Shown: positions 9,643-19,913, numbered from the stretch's first letter. The stretch is 64,000 nt of DNA from Candidatus Latescibacterota bacterium (GCA_965248355.1 OZ252098.1:1952001-2016000); one strand, 5' to 3'. Made by a program: numbers and translations. Notes: generated by a model not told the origin, from the letters alone.

Positions 9643-12456
9643 ATGGCGCGCCTTCGATATACGGCGGCGGTGGCCGCGGCCTGCTGGCTCATGACCGGGG
9701 GGGCCTCCCCCGGCGAGGCCCAGCTGCTGTTCAAGCCCGGAGAGCCGTACGCCAACTACGCCTACGAGGGCTACCGGAGCTACCAGAACCTGATCTTCGC
9801 CCGTGACCGCCTGCCCGTGTTCGATCCCCTCGGCCAGTTCGTGATGAACGGCACCGAGGTCTTCAAGCTCCAGGAGACCCGGACGCTCGCCCCTGCGCCG
9901 GGCACCCTCATCTCCAAGCCGAGGCTCTACCAGAACTACCTGAACCGCTTGGTGATCGCGGACGACGCCTACGCCGGGGCCACGAGCAAGCTCATCATCG
10001 GCGACCACCTGCGCACCAAGTTCACCTCCCTGACCCTCGACATGGCGGCCATGAACGGACTGCGCTTCGACACCCGCTTCGAGAGCGGCTCCCTGATCCT
10101 GGCCGCCTCCCGGGTGGACCGGCCGATCTTCGAGGCCCTGGGGCAGCAGAACGTCGACCACCGGGTCCACGGCGTGGAGGAACGCTACGAGACGCGGCCC
10201 CGCTGGTCGACCTACCTGCTCGGCGGCGACCTGCGCACCCAGTTGCCGGGGCTGGACATGGGTTTGAGCTGGGTCAACCAGTACCGCACCGACAGCTTCA
10301 AGGAGCTCAACGACAACAGCTTCAAGGGCACCCTCCCGACCACCGGCGCCCCTCCCGAGTGGATCGTGGTGCGCGTCGCCGACCAGGAGCCCGACGACGA
10401 GGTGGGAGTGCGCGTCAAGGTGCCCACCATCACTCTCAACGGCCGCCGGTTGCAGCACCGTCTCGGACCCTATGACAACCTGGACCCGGATGCCCCGACG
10501 CTCACGGTCACCGAGCATTCCGACCGTACCATCATTCCGCCGATCCTCTGGAGGGACGCCCAGGATCCCATCATCGATCACGACCACGTGGCACCCACAC
10601 CCCAGGGTTTCTACGAGACCCGGGGTCCGGGGAGCCTGCTGTTCTGGTTCCGCGTCCCCCACACCTTCGATGGCGCCGGCGAGACCGAGGTGATCAACCA
10701 GGCCTACGTGGACCTGGACGTGGCCGGGGACTACGTGATCGAGTTGTCGGAGATCTTCGACGGCATCTCCAACAACCCGGCGACCTATTTCTACACGGCC
10801 GCCCGGTCGGCGGGCCGACCGGGCAACCTGAGCGACTTCCGGCGCGTACGGGCCCACTACGGCCGCCAGACCGGCCGCACCCTGGCGAGCGCGCATCTGA
10901 ACCTGGACGTCAAGGGGTTCATGCTGCACACGGAGTACGTGCGCAACTTCTCCTTCCGCGCCTATCCGGCCCTCCTGAGCACCGAGCTCGAGCACTTCCA
11001 GGACGAGAGCCAGGCCTGGTTCGCCGTGCTCCGCCGGAATTGGGAGGACTTCTCCGTCGGTGGCGAGCTGTTCGACGTGGACGCGGCCTATTCCACCGTT
11101 CTCGCGGTGCAGGACGACGCCTTCAACACCAGCGCCGGCTTCCCTTCCGCGCCCTTCAACTACCCCCAGCAGATCCACGAGCCGCGGCTGCCGACCAAGA
11201 TCGGCCGGAACATCACCGACCAGACCTACACGCGCGAGTTCGACACCGTCGACGACAACGACGACAAGGACCAGTACCCGGACACCTACTACCTGCGCAA
11301 GACCACGAATCCGGAGACCGGGGGGCGCTTCATCCAGGATCCGGACGGCGTCTTCCCGGGGCTGGACGCCGATCTGAACGGCCGGCCGGACATCAACGAG
11401 AACAGCAACCTGATCCCCGACTACTACGAGCCCTTCCTGCTCTACAAGGTCAATCCGGACGCCTACGAGTGGGGTGAGGACCTCAACAACAACGGCCAGA
11501 TCGACGAGCGCGAGAACGACCTGAAGTCCGACTACCCCTACGATGTCGACCGCCGCGGGTTCCACGGCTTTTCCCGGCTCTTCCACGGCAGGGCGACCTG
11601 GACCGTGGGACATCACAGGTCCTGGGCGCCCTTCGGAGGCGGCAGGGCGGAGGCGACCTACGCCAAGATCGAGTACGAGCGCCGGATCCCCTTTCTCGTG
11701 GATGTCTACGGCGTGGAGCGGCTCAAGCGCGTGCATGACGACATGGCCGACGACATATTCGGCCTGCGGCGAGACCCCATCTACTTCGAGCCGGACGTGA
11801 TCTCCATCGTGCCGCTCACCGAGGAGCAGATCTTCAATCCCCTGGGCGAGGCCGAGCTGCTCAAGGACCCGCTGCAGATGCGCGACAGCTGGGTCAACAC
11901 TCTCTACACGAGGACGCGCTACATCGGCACGTCCAACCTCAATGTCGAGGTCTCGGTCAAGTATGAAACCAACCTCCAGCAGAGTACACCCCTGCAGCCC
12001 GACAACCGCGTCTCCGACCTGGCCACGGTGGTCAAGGCCGACTACACGTGGAATCCCTGGAGCCGCCTCCGTGTCGTTCCCCAGTTCAAGTGGATGCGGC
12101 AGCGCCTGCAGGACGACGAGCAACGGCTCCTGGAGATCGCCGAGGACTACGTCTACCCGATTCTGAGGTTGGAGTACCCCCTCTCCTCCCGCACCGAGGT
12201 CAAGCTCGGGGCCCAGGGCTTTCCCTTCCTCCAGGGCACGTACCGCAACGGAGCGGCCCGGGGGGTGGATTTCGATTCCCAGGTCTACCTGGCGCTGCTG
12301 AGCAATACCTCCACCTACGTGGGCTACCAGATCAACGTCAACCTGGGTTACGAGAAGCGCATCCGGACCTTCCTGGACGAGACCCGCAGCGATCAGGACA
12401 TCGATTTCTCCCGCCTCTTCCTGCGCGTGATCGTCGGCCTGAGGCCGCAATTCTGA
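9643..12456 (+). CDS. Uncharacterised large exported protein, putative outer-membrane beta-barrel (paralog 2 of 3)
   Basis: ATG 1 nt after the upstream stop; signal peptide MARLRYTAAVAAACWLM...GEA-Q; shares ordered motifs with paralogs 1 and 3; ends RLFLRVIVGLRPQF. Confidence 0.6.
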   Translation: MARLRYTAAVAAACWLMTGGASPGEAQLLFKPGEPYANYAYEGYRSYQNLIFARDRLPVFDPLGQFVMNGTEVFKLQETRTLAPAPGTLISKPRLYQNYLNRLVIADDAYAGATSKLIIGDHLRTKFTSLTLDMAAMNGLRFDTRFESGSLILAASRVDRPIFEALGQQNVDHRVHGVEERYETRPRWSTYLLGGDLRTQLPGLDMGLSWVNQYRTDSFKELNDNSFKGTLPTTGAPPEWIVVRVADQEPDDEVGVRVKVPTITLNGRRLQHRLGPYDNLDPDAPTLTVTEHSDRTIIPPILWRDAQDPIIDHDHVAPTPQGFYETRGPGSLLFWFRVPHTFDGAGETEVINQAYVDLDVAGDYVIELSEIFDGISNNPATYFYTAARSAGRPGNLSDFRRVRAHYGRQTGRTLASAHLNLDVKGFMLHTEYVRNFSFRAYPALLSTELEHFQDESQAWFAVLRRNWEDFSVGGELFDVDAAYSTVLAVQDDAFNTSAGFPSAPFNYPQQIHEPRLPTKIGRNITDQTYTREFDTVDDNDDKDQYPDTYYLRKTTNPETGGRFIQDPDGVFPGLDADLNGRPDINENSNLIPDYYEPFLLYKVNPDAYEWGEDLNNNGQIDERENDLKSDYPYDVDRRGFHGFSRLFHGRATWTVGHHRSWAPFGGGRAEATYAKIEYERRIPFLVDVYGVERLKRVHDDMADDIFGLRRDPIYFEPDVISIVPLTEEQIFNPLGEAELLKDPLQMRDSWVNTLYTRTRYIGTSNLNVEVSVKYETNLQQSTPLQPDNRVSDLATVVKADYTWNPWSRLRVVPQFKWMRQRLQDDEQRLLEIAEDYVYPILRLEYPLSSRTEVKLGAQGFPFLQGTYRNGAARGVDFDSQVYLALLSNTSTYVGYQINVNLGYEKRIRTFLDETRSDQDIDFSRLFLRVIVGLRPQF

Positions 12457-12460
12457 CCCC

Positions 12461-15400
12461 ATGAGAGCCGGAATCACAAAGAGCGCCGACCGCCGGAGAG
12501 CGGGCCTCCAGGGTAGCCGGCATCACTCCGCCCTGAGCAGCCTGTGGTCGTGGCCTCTCTTCGGCGTGCTGCTGCTGCTCGCGCCGGCCACCGCCGATGA
12601 GGAGAAGGAGGACCGGCCCGAGCACCCGGCCCTGGGACCGGTGCGCCTGATCCCGGATCAGCCCTTCATCGGCCGCATCGGGCGGCAGACCTACCAGAAC
12701 TACGGGTTCGAGGACTACTCCCGGCGTCCCGTGGCCACGAGCAACCTGAGCAACCGCTACAACTATCTGGGCGACCCTCTGGTCTACGGCACCCAGTCGA
12801 TCCGCTGGGTCGAGTCACGAGGTCTGGGCACCTCCCGCGGCTACAGCTCGGTCAGCGAAGGCGGAGCCCACGGCACCGGCCGGGGCGGCACCGACTACGC
12901 GCCGCCCGGCGGCAGCTTCGCCAATCTCTTCAACTACGTCATGGTCGGCTCCGACGGCACCGATACCTGGCAGGCCCGGGCGATCTACGCCAACGAGCTG
13001 CGCTCGAAGTTCACGCCCCTGACCTTCAAGATGTCCAACGTCGACGGATTGCGCCTCGACGTGGGCACCGAGCACGACAGGTTCTCCGCCCTGTTCTCCA
13101 ATCTGACGCCCACGGGCGGCGGCTTCATCGTGCCCACCACCATGCTCGGCGCCCACTACGAGCGCCGGGTGGGCTTCCTCAACTTCGGCGCCAGCTTCGT
13201 CAACGCTCATCAGTACGAGCACCAGATGTCGAACCGCCACCAGTCCTTCAAGGGATCGGTGGGCAACATCCAGCGTCCGACAGCGATGGTGGCCATCCGC
13301 ATCTCCGACGGCTCGCCTCAGGACGGCAGGGACGGGCCGGTGCTCCACGGCGTGAAGGTCTACATCAACGGGGAGCTGCGTCCGGAGGCGGATCCCTTCC
13401 TGATCCGTCTCAATCGACGCGGCGACGCCCGGACCACCTACGTGGCCGGCCTGCTCGACGAAGGCAAGGACAACGAACGCCGCAGGCCCCTGGAGACCGA
13501 CTACCAGACCGTCAACAAGGGGGCGGTCTTCAACAGTTTCGCCGTGTACATCAACTACGCCGCCTTCGACACCGACGCCTACTACAGGGGCTACGACTTC
13601 CCCTTCTTCATCGACCATCTCTACTACCGGGACTTCGCCCGCTTCGGCCCGGACCACGAGTACGAGGAGGGCGTCACCGTCCACAACCAGTTCGCCCACG
13701 AGCTCTCCGAGCCCGACGGCGCCTTCGCCCTGGCCACGGAGGCCGACCTGCCCCAGGCCTTCGACGGCGAGGAATACGCCGTGGTCTACGTCGATCTGGA
13801 GCCCTTCCAGGAGCAGATCAACTCGGTCGACATCGACTTGGAGCTGTCCAGGGACTACCACGTGGAGGTCTCGGAGATCGATCTGGCCGGCAAGCCCCAT
13901 GACCCGCGCGCGGTGAATCCGCGGGACCGCTACAACTACGCGGGTTTCTTCCGCACCGTGGCCTCGGCGCCCGGCAACTCGCGCAGCGACAACATCGAGA
14001 GGGTGCGCGTGAAGGTGGGCGCCTCCACCGGACTGAGCCTCTACAGCGCCAACGTCTACGGGGTGTTCAAGGGCTTCGAGATCGACGGGGAGTTCAGCCG
14101 CAGCCACAGCTACTACCAGTACGCGAGCGGCATCCCCGGACCCCGGGTATATCCTACCGGCGGCGGGCAGACGGTGAACGCCCTGCTCCGGGAGGAGAAC
14201 CCGGGTGCGCGCTCCAGCATCGACGACGATGCCTATTACCTGACGGTCAAGCGCGACTTCCGGAGCTTCGGCGTGGGCGCGGAAGTCTTCTCCATGGGAG
14301 CCCACTTCAACACCGAGCTGCGCTCCCACATCGGACGTAGCGAGGTCAACTTCGGCAACCCGGTGGTCTACAACAACACCTACCTGCACCGGCTGGTGGA
14401 GGACAACGACGACAACGACCGCTACCCGGACACGTGGTACACCAACCGCCCCTTCATCTGGAACGGGCAGTCGGACCTCGACGGCGTCTTCCCGGGCCTG
14501 GACGAGGACAACGACGGCGTGCCGGACACCAACCGGGACTTCGACGCCACGCCCGACTATCTCGAGCCCTTCCTGACCTACGACGTGGATCCGCAGATCT
14601 TCGACTACGGTCTCGATCTCAACCACAACGACTACATCGACGAGCGCGAGAACGACCTGCAGCCGGACCTGCCCTACGACCCGGGCCTGCGGGGACGCCA
14701 CGTCTACGGGACCTTCAAGCCGATCCGGGGCGCACGGATGACCCTGGGGCTGCTTGACGCCGAGCAGATCGCCGCCGGCGATCCGAACGAGTTCCTCTAC
14801 GCCCGCCTTGGTTACGAGCGCCGGATCCCCAGCCTGGGGCGGTTCCAGGGCTCCCTGTTCACCGAGCGAGTGAGGGACGGCGTCGAGGATCCGCTGAGCG
14901 TGTACAGCGATGAGGTCCTGACAGCGGCCGAGCAGCTCCGGCGGGAGTTCGGCGGGTTTCAGCGCAACATCCGCATCTCCCCCTTCCTGGAGGTGCCGCG
15001 GGAGGATCCCCTGCTGTTCAAGAACAGCACCTTCAGCCGCATCTTCGTCGACGCCCGCTGGACGACCCTGCCCGGCCTCAACATCCACAACAAGGTCAAG
15101 TACGAGATCAACCAGCAGCTCGACGGCGAGCTCTACGACGGCACCCTCCAGGAGGGCCGGACCCTGTCGCGGTGGGCCATGGTGCACCGGCTGGACTACC
15201 TGTGGCCCATCCAGCCCAAGCTCAGCCTGTTCTCCGGGCTCAAGTACCGCTTTCTGCGGGAGTGGCAGACGGGGGATGTGACCACCCAGCACGAGCGGCA
15301 CATCATCCCCATCCTCAAGCTCAACTACGACCTGACCCTGAGGACCCGCCTCCAGTTCGGTGTGGAAGGCCTGGGCACCCTCCTGCCCTACTCGGTCGTC

Positions 15401-15616
15401 GATCTGGCGCAGCCGGAGAACGACTTCGAGCAGTACGACTACGTGCTCATGCTGACGAACAACTCCAAGTACTTCGGCTACATCCTCTCCACCAATGCCG
15501 GCCTCAGCCGCAGGCACAGGGTCTTCGACGACCCGGCCGTGGCGCAGGTCAAGGACGAGAAATTCACGGCGGTCTTCATCAACGTGATCCTCGGCTTCGA
15601 GGAGGAGACCTACTAG
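12461..15616 (+). CDS. Uncharacterised large exported protein, putative outer-membrane beta-barrel (paralog 3 of 3)
   Basis: Signal peptide ending LLLLAPATA-D; same motif series (LRSKFTPLTF, VEDNDDNDRYPD, GVFPGLD, IDEREND, NNSKYFGY); ends AVFINVILGFEEETY. Confidence 0.6.
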   Translation: MRAGITKSADRRRAGLQGSRHHSALSSLWSWPLFGVLLLLAPATADEEKEDRPEHPALGPVRLIPDQPFIGRIGRQTYQNYGFEDYSRRPVATSNLSNRYNYLGDPLVYGTQSIRWVESRGLGTSRGYSSVSEGGAHGTGRGGTDYAPPGGSFANLFNYVMVGSDGTDTWQARAIYANELRSKFTPLTFKMSNVDGLRLDVGTEHDRFSALFSNLTPTGGGFIVPTTMLGAHYERRVGFLNFGASFVNAHQYEHQMSNRHQSFKGSVGNIQRPTAMVAIRISDGSPQDGRDGPVLHGVKVYINGELRPEADPFLIRLNRRGDARTTYVAGLLDEGKDNERRRPLETDYQTVNKGAVFNSFAVYINYAAFDTDAYYRGYDFPFFIDHLYYRDFARFGPDHEYEEGVTVHNQFAHELSEPDGAFALATEADLPQAFDGEEYAVVYVDLEPFQEQINSVDIDLELSRDYHVEVSEIDLAGKPHDPRAVNPRDRYNYAGFFRTVASAPGNSRSDNIERVRVKVGASTGLSLYSANVYGVFKGFEIDGEFSRSHSYYQYASGIPGPRVYPTGGGQTVNALLREENPGARSSIDDDAYYLTVKRDFRSFGVGAEVFSMGAHFNTELRSHIGRSEVNFGNPVVYNNTYLHRLVEDNDDNDRYPDTWYTNRPFIWNGQSDLDGVFPGLDEDNDGVPDTNRDFDATPDYLEPFLTYDVDPQIFDYGLDLNHNDYIDERENDLQPDLPYDPGLRGRHVYGTFKPIRGARMTLGLLDAEQIAAGDPNEFLYARLGYERRIPSLGRFQGSLFTERVRDGVEDPLSVYSDEVLTAAEQLRREFGGFQRNIRISPFLEVPREDPLLFKNSTFSRIFVDARWTTLPGLNIHNKVKYEINQQLDGELYDGTLQEGRTLSRWAMVHRLDYLWPIQPKLSLFSGLKYRFLREWQTGDVTTQHERHIIPILKLNYDLTLRTRLQFGVEGLGTLLPYSVVDLAQPENDFEQYDYVLMLTNNSKYFGYILSTNAGLSRRHRVFDDPAVAQVKDEKFTAVFINVILGFEEETY

Positions 15617-15618
15617 GG

Positions 15619-18600
15619 ATGGGCTTGACCCTGTTCCTCACCGTGCTGGCCGCCACGGGCACCTATCTGGCGACGCGCACGCCCACCGAAGGCGAGCTGG
15701 TCAGCTCCTTTCAGGAGGCCCAGCGGTTCTACGCCGAGGGCGCCTACGACCAGGCCATCTCCGAGTACGCGAATGTCTCCCGCGTGCGGAGCCGGGTGCT
15801 GGCGGTCAACCAGGTCCAGGTGGTCGTGGGCGAGGAGAGCTTTCCCCTCCAGGAAGCCGCCGCCTATCAGATCGGGAACGCCTATTCGAAGCTCTACGAG
15901 GAGTACGACCGGTTCGCGGAGGAATCGAGGAACGCCCTTCGAAGGAGCGAGTACCGGGCGCAGGCGGACACCTCCTTCGCCCGGGCCATCGGCGCCTTCC
16001 GCCAGGTCATCGCCTCCGCCGCCAACGAGATCCTGAAGGTCCAGGCCCACGGTCGCCTCATCGACCTCTATTTCTCGGCCGAGGCCTACCCGGACGTCAT
16101 CATCGCCTCTCGCGAGATGATCGCCGCCTATCCGGACAACCCTCACGTCGTCGTCGCCTACTACAACACCGGATGGGCCTACTACGAGACCAGGAGATTC
16201 GCCCGCGCCATCGAGTCCTTCCAGGCCCTGTTGTCCCGGTTCTCCACGGGCTACCGCGCCGACCGCAGCTTGTTCCAGATCGGCGAGTGCCACCGGGAAC
16301 GGGGGGAGTACGAGGAGGCCATCGAGTCCTACCGCCGGCTCGTGGAACGCCAGCGCATCGGCGAGCTGACGGACGAAGAGCTGCTGCAGATGAAGCGGGA
16401 GAAACTGGCGGGGCTCGTGGACGAGACGGCCCTGGAGCTGGCGGCCAAGGCGGAGATCCGGGTTGGTACCTGCTTCACCAGCCTGGGGCGTTTCGACGAG
16501 GGTCTCGCGGCCTACCAGCGGGTGATCTCCCTCTTCAGCACCGAGCGCCAGCTGGTGGAGGAAGCCTTCCTGCGCCTGGCGGACCTCCACCAGGCCCGGG
16601 GAGACGAGGCCGCGGCCCTGCGCACCTACCGCGAGGCGATCGACGAATCGCAGGACCGCACCCTCAGGGCGAGGATTCAGTACGCCCTGGCCGAGAGGCT
16701 GTTCTCCCAGGGCGCCTACGAGCGGGCGATCCAGGAGTACCGGATCTACCTGCAGGGCTATGGCGACATCGCCCTGAGCGCCGGCTTCAGCGAAGGGCGG
16801 GTACGCTACCGTGTGGGCAGCGGCTACCAGCAGCTGGCCCAGCCCCACCTGCAGGCGGGGGACGGCATCGCCGCGGCCTCCTGGCTGAACCTCGCCATCG
16901 CCCAGTACGACACCCTGTGCGCCGATCCGAACTCCCCCTACTTCCTGGACTCCCAGTTCAACCGCGCCGTCGCCTTCCAGTCCCTGGGCACCCCGGGGGC
17001 CATGGCCCGGGCCCGCGGCGAGTACGAGACCATCATCGATGGGGCGGGGGACGAGCTCTACCTCCAGAGATCCCTGGGCCAGCTCGCGGAGCTGCTCTAT
17101 GACCTCGGTGAATACGAGGGGGCGGTGGAGCGCAGCCGACAGTTGCTGAGGGAGTTCCCCGGGACCGACTACGCCGACGAGGCGTACATGCGCATCGGCC
17201 TGGGCCACCAGGCCTCGGGTGAACTGGAGCCGGCGGCCGAGGCCTTCCTCCAGGTCGCCCCGGACTCCCCCTTCTTCGTCCGCTCCCGGACGGGCGCCGG
17301 CCACGTGCTGCTCTCCGAGCGGCGCTACGCCGACGCCATCCCCGTCCTGCAGGCAGGACTCGCGGAGGCCGAGGCCCCGGCCCAGCAGGGCAGCCTGCAC
17401 TACCTGCTCGGACAGGCCTACAACGGCGAGGGGGAGTACGCGCAAGCCGTCGTCCAGTTCACCGAGGCCCTGGCCCGGCCCATGGGGCCCCGCCTGGTGG
17501 AGGCCCTCCGTCTCAATCGCGGCAGCGCGGCCCTGGCCGCCGGGGATCTCGCCCAGGGAGAGGAGGACCTGCTGTGGGTGGTGTCGAACGTGACCGATCC
17601 CGAAAGGGTGCGCTACGCCCAGGACGCCCTCGCCTTCTCCTACGTAAGGCGGGACCGGGGAGCTGACGCGGCCCGGATCCTCGAGGAAATGGTGATCGCC
17701 GCCCCCACGGTCGAGCAACGCGCCGACCTGCTCAATCGCATGCTGGATCTCTACTACGAGGAGGAGAGCTACTCCCAGACCATCGAGGCCGCCCGCCGCC
17801 TCCTCGCCCTGGACTTCGACGACAAAGCCGTCTCACGGGGAGGGTACGGCACCAAGGAGAAGGCCTACTTCATCCTTGGCGACGCCCTGATGCGGCTCGA
17901 CCGGGGCTCGGAGGCGGTGCGCACCTTCCGCGAGGCCCTCCGGGCCTATCCGGGCTCCCCCTTCGCCCTGGACATCCGGCTGACTCTGGGCGCCTTCCAC
18001 TTCGCCGAGGGAGAGCTGGACCAGGCCAGGAGCCTCTTCCAGGACCTCTCCGGCGTCGACCTGACCGAGGAGCAGGCCCTTCTCGTCTCCTTCTACCTGG
18101 CCAACACCCATTACAGCCTGAGGGAGTTCGAGGAGGCCCGCATCCTCTTCCAGGGACTCCTCGACGAGAATCCGGGTGTCCGGGAACTGCCGGACATCCT
18201 CTTCGGGGTCGCGGAGAGCAACTATCAGCTCGGCGCCTTCGACCGGGCCATCGGCCACTACCGGCGGCTCATCGAGGAGTTCCCCGGGGAGACGGCGGCC
18301 GACGACTCGCAGTACAACATGGCCTGGTGCCTGATCGAGCTGGAAAGACAAGAGGAGGCCATGGCCGCCTTCCGCCAGCTTCTCGACCGCTATCCCCGGA
18401 GCGAGTACGCCGCCTCCGCCCAGTTCACCTTCGGAGATCACGCCTACAACCTGGGCCGCTACCAGGATGCCATGGAGGCTTACCTGCTCGTTCAGCAACG
18501 GTACCCCGACGCGGAGATCACGGCGGAGGTGCCGAGGCTCGTGGCCGAGCTCAAGGAGGCCATCGCCTACGAGCGCTACGAGCAGGGCATCGCCCTGATG

Positions 18601-18867
18601 GACTCGGCCGAGGCTGTCGGGCCGAGCGATTACTACCGCCAGGCGATCGAGGTGTTCGAGGACGTCATCGCCAAGTACCCGGAGACGGAGAGCGAGATCG
18701 GAGCCCTGAGCAACATGGGCGTCTGCCTGGAGGAACTGGGCAGGTGGCAGGACGCCGTCGGGGTTTACGACCGCGTCATCGGCCTTTTCGAAGAGAAGCG
18801 AGCCACCCGGGAGGCCTTCCAGTTCGCCAAGGCCCACCGGGACTGGATTGTGAGCGCCCGGCTGTGA
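15619..18867 (+). CDS. Large tetratricopeptide-repeat (TPR) protein, ~1082 aa
   Basis: ATG 2 nt after the upstream stop; short hydrophobic N-terminus; many TPR units (AYYNTGWAYY, SLFQIGECH, QYNMAWCL, AQFTFGDHAY, LIEEFPG). Confidence 0.85.
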   Translation: MGLTLFLTVLAATGTYLATRTPTEGELVSSFQEAQRFYAEGAYDQAISEYANVSRVRSRVLAVNQVQVVVGEESFPLQEAAAYQIGNAYSKLYEEYDRFAEESRNALRRSEYRAQADTSFARAIGAFRQVIASAANEILKVQAHGRLIDLYFSAEAYPDVIIASREMIAAYPDNPHVVVAYYNTGWAYYETRRFARAIESFQALLSRFSTGYRADRSLFQIGECHRERGEYEEAIESYRRLVERQRIGELTDEELLQMKREKLAGLVDETALELAAKAEIRVGTCFTSLGRFDEGLAAYQRVISLFSTERQLVEEAFLRLADLHQARGDEAAALRTYREAIDESQDRTLRARIQYALAERLFSQGAYERAIQEYRIYLQGYGDIALSAGFSEGRVRYRVGSGYQQLAQPHLQAGDGIAAASWLNLAIAQYDTLCADPNSPYFLDSQFNRAVAFQSLGTPGAMARARGEYETIIDGAGDELYLQRSLGQLAELLYDLGEYEGAVERSRQLLREFPGTDYADEAYMRIGLGHQASGELEPAAEAFLQVAPDSPFFVRSRTGAGHVLLSERRYADAIPVLQAGLAEAEAPAQQGSLHYLLGQAYNGEGEYAQAVVQFTEALARPMGPRLVEALRLNRGSAALAAGDLAQGEEDLLWVVSNVTDPERVRYAQDALAFSYVRRDRGADAARILEEMVIAAPTVEQRADLLNRMLDLYYEEESYSQTIEAARRLLALDFDDKAVSRGGYGTKEKAYFILGDALMRLDRGSEAVRTFREALRAYPGSPFALDIRLTLGAFHFAEGELDQARSLFQDLSGVDLTEEQALLVSFYLANTHYSLREFEEARILFQGLLDENPGVRELPDILFGVAESNYQLGAFDRAIGHYRRLIEEFPGETAADDSQYNMAWCLIELERQEEAMAAFRQLLDRYPRSEYAASAQFTFGDHAYNLGRYQDAMEAYLLVQQRYPDAEITAEVPRLVAELKEAIAYERYEQGIALMDSAEAVGPSDYYRQAIEVFEDVIAKYPETESEIGALSNMGVCLEELGRWQDAVGVYDRVIGLFEEKRATREAFQFAKAHRDWIVSARL

Positions 18868-18891
18868 CCAACTCCCATTCGTGAGGACCGC

Positions 18892-19452
18892 ATGGTTTCG
18901 ATAGATTACCGTTATCTCTTTCTCCTGGCCCTCACCGGGACGCTGCTGACCGCAGGCGGCCCGGGATTGGCTCAGGAGCCGGAGGAGAGGTTCCAGGTAC
19001 GCGAGCAATCCGCCTCCAGGAAGCAGGCCGTGGCCCTCGCCGTGGCCTTTCCCGGACTCGGTCACCTGGCCACCGGACACCGGGAAAAGGGGACCGCCCT
19101 CGTGACCGCCGAGATACTCGGCCTCGTGATATGGCTGACGTCGCACGCCGACTACAAGACCCAGTCCGAGCAGGTCGACGTGGAGAAGATCCGCTACGCG
19201 TCGATTCGAGAGGGCGGAACCCACGATGAGGCGGAGGAGAGCTGGCGGCGTCTGAACAGCCTGAGGGAGGATGCCGACGGCTCGCACCTGCGGCGGCGCC
19301 TCTTCGGGGTCCTCGCCATCGGCGTGTACGGGTACAATCTCCTCGATGCCCTGCTCCTGGGGGGGCTGGAGCCGCCCGGCGGCGGACGCGTCGGTCTGGT
19401 GCCCTCGGCGACTCCGGACCAAGCGGGGCTGGCCCTTGTGGCCCGCTTCTGA
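18892..19452 (+). CDS. Hypothetical exported/membrane protein (DUF5683-like)
   Basis: GAGGA RBS; signal peptide; AVAFPGLGHL motif, hydrophobic helices, YNLLDAL, C-terminal strand ending in F. Confidence 0.55.
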   Translation: MVSIDYRYLFLLALTGTLLTAGGPGLAQEPEERFQVREQSASRKQAVALAVAFPGLGHLATGHREKGTALVTAEILGLVIWLTSHADYKTQSEQVDVEKIRYASIREGGTHDEAEESWRRLNSLREDADGSHLRRRLFGVLAIGVYGYNLLDALLLGGLEPPGGGRVGLVPSATPDQAGLALVARF

Positions 19453-19477
19453 GGCGAGACGAGAGAAGGGAGTCCAG

Positions 19478-19864
19478 ATGGTGAGAAGAGCGGGTTTGAG
19501 CGTCGTCCTGGCCGGGGTGGTTCTCGTCTGGTCATGCAGCGACGACATCGAGCTGCCCACGGCCTATCACGAAGGATACCTGTCGCAACCCTCGGAAGTG
19601 ACCTCCGCCGTGGAGGACGGCGCCATCAATGTCTCCTGGAGCATGGCCTCCGAGGCCGACGTCGAGGGGTTCGTCGTCGGTTTCACGGACTCCAGCGGAG
19701 CCGAGCACACGAGGTCCATCGAGGATCCGGCGGCGAGACTTCACTCGGAGCAGGAGTTGGGCGTCGGCCCGGGCACCGTCTACTTGATCCAGGTGTGGGC
19801 CTTCGATGCGAAGGGGTACTTCGGCCCCCGGTCGGAGGTCGACACCCTGGCGGTCCAGGAGTGA
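19478..19864 (+). CDS. Lipoprotein with a fibronectin type III-like domain
   Basis: GGAG RBS; lipobox-like VWS-C; FN3 pattern INVSW...GFVV...GTVYLIQVWAFD..G..GPRSE. Confidence 0.7.
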   Translation: MVRRAGLSVVLAGVVLVWSCSDDIELPTAYHEGYLSQPSEVTSAVEDGAINVSWSMASEADVEGFVVGFTDSSGAEHTRSIEDPAARLHSEQELGVGPGTVYLIQVWAFDAKGYFGPRSEVDTLAVQE

Positions 19865-19913
19865 CCTGACCGGATGACCTCGGCGCCACCGACCGGAGCC
19901 ACAGGCGGAGAGC

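Noticed and set aside
6915..15616. Calling the three large proteins TonB-dependent receptors or SprA
   Set aside because: No recognisable plug motif or TBDR C-terminal signature by eye, and they are far shorter than SprA. Left unassigned pending structure searches.
2504..19560. Very long minus-strand ORFs (e.g. 9631-12477, 12815-15517, 6933-9299)
   Set aside because: Antisense shadows of real + strand genes, expected from high-GC codon bias; no recognisable motifs.
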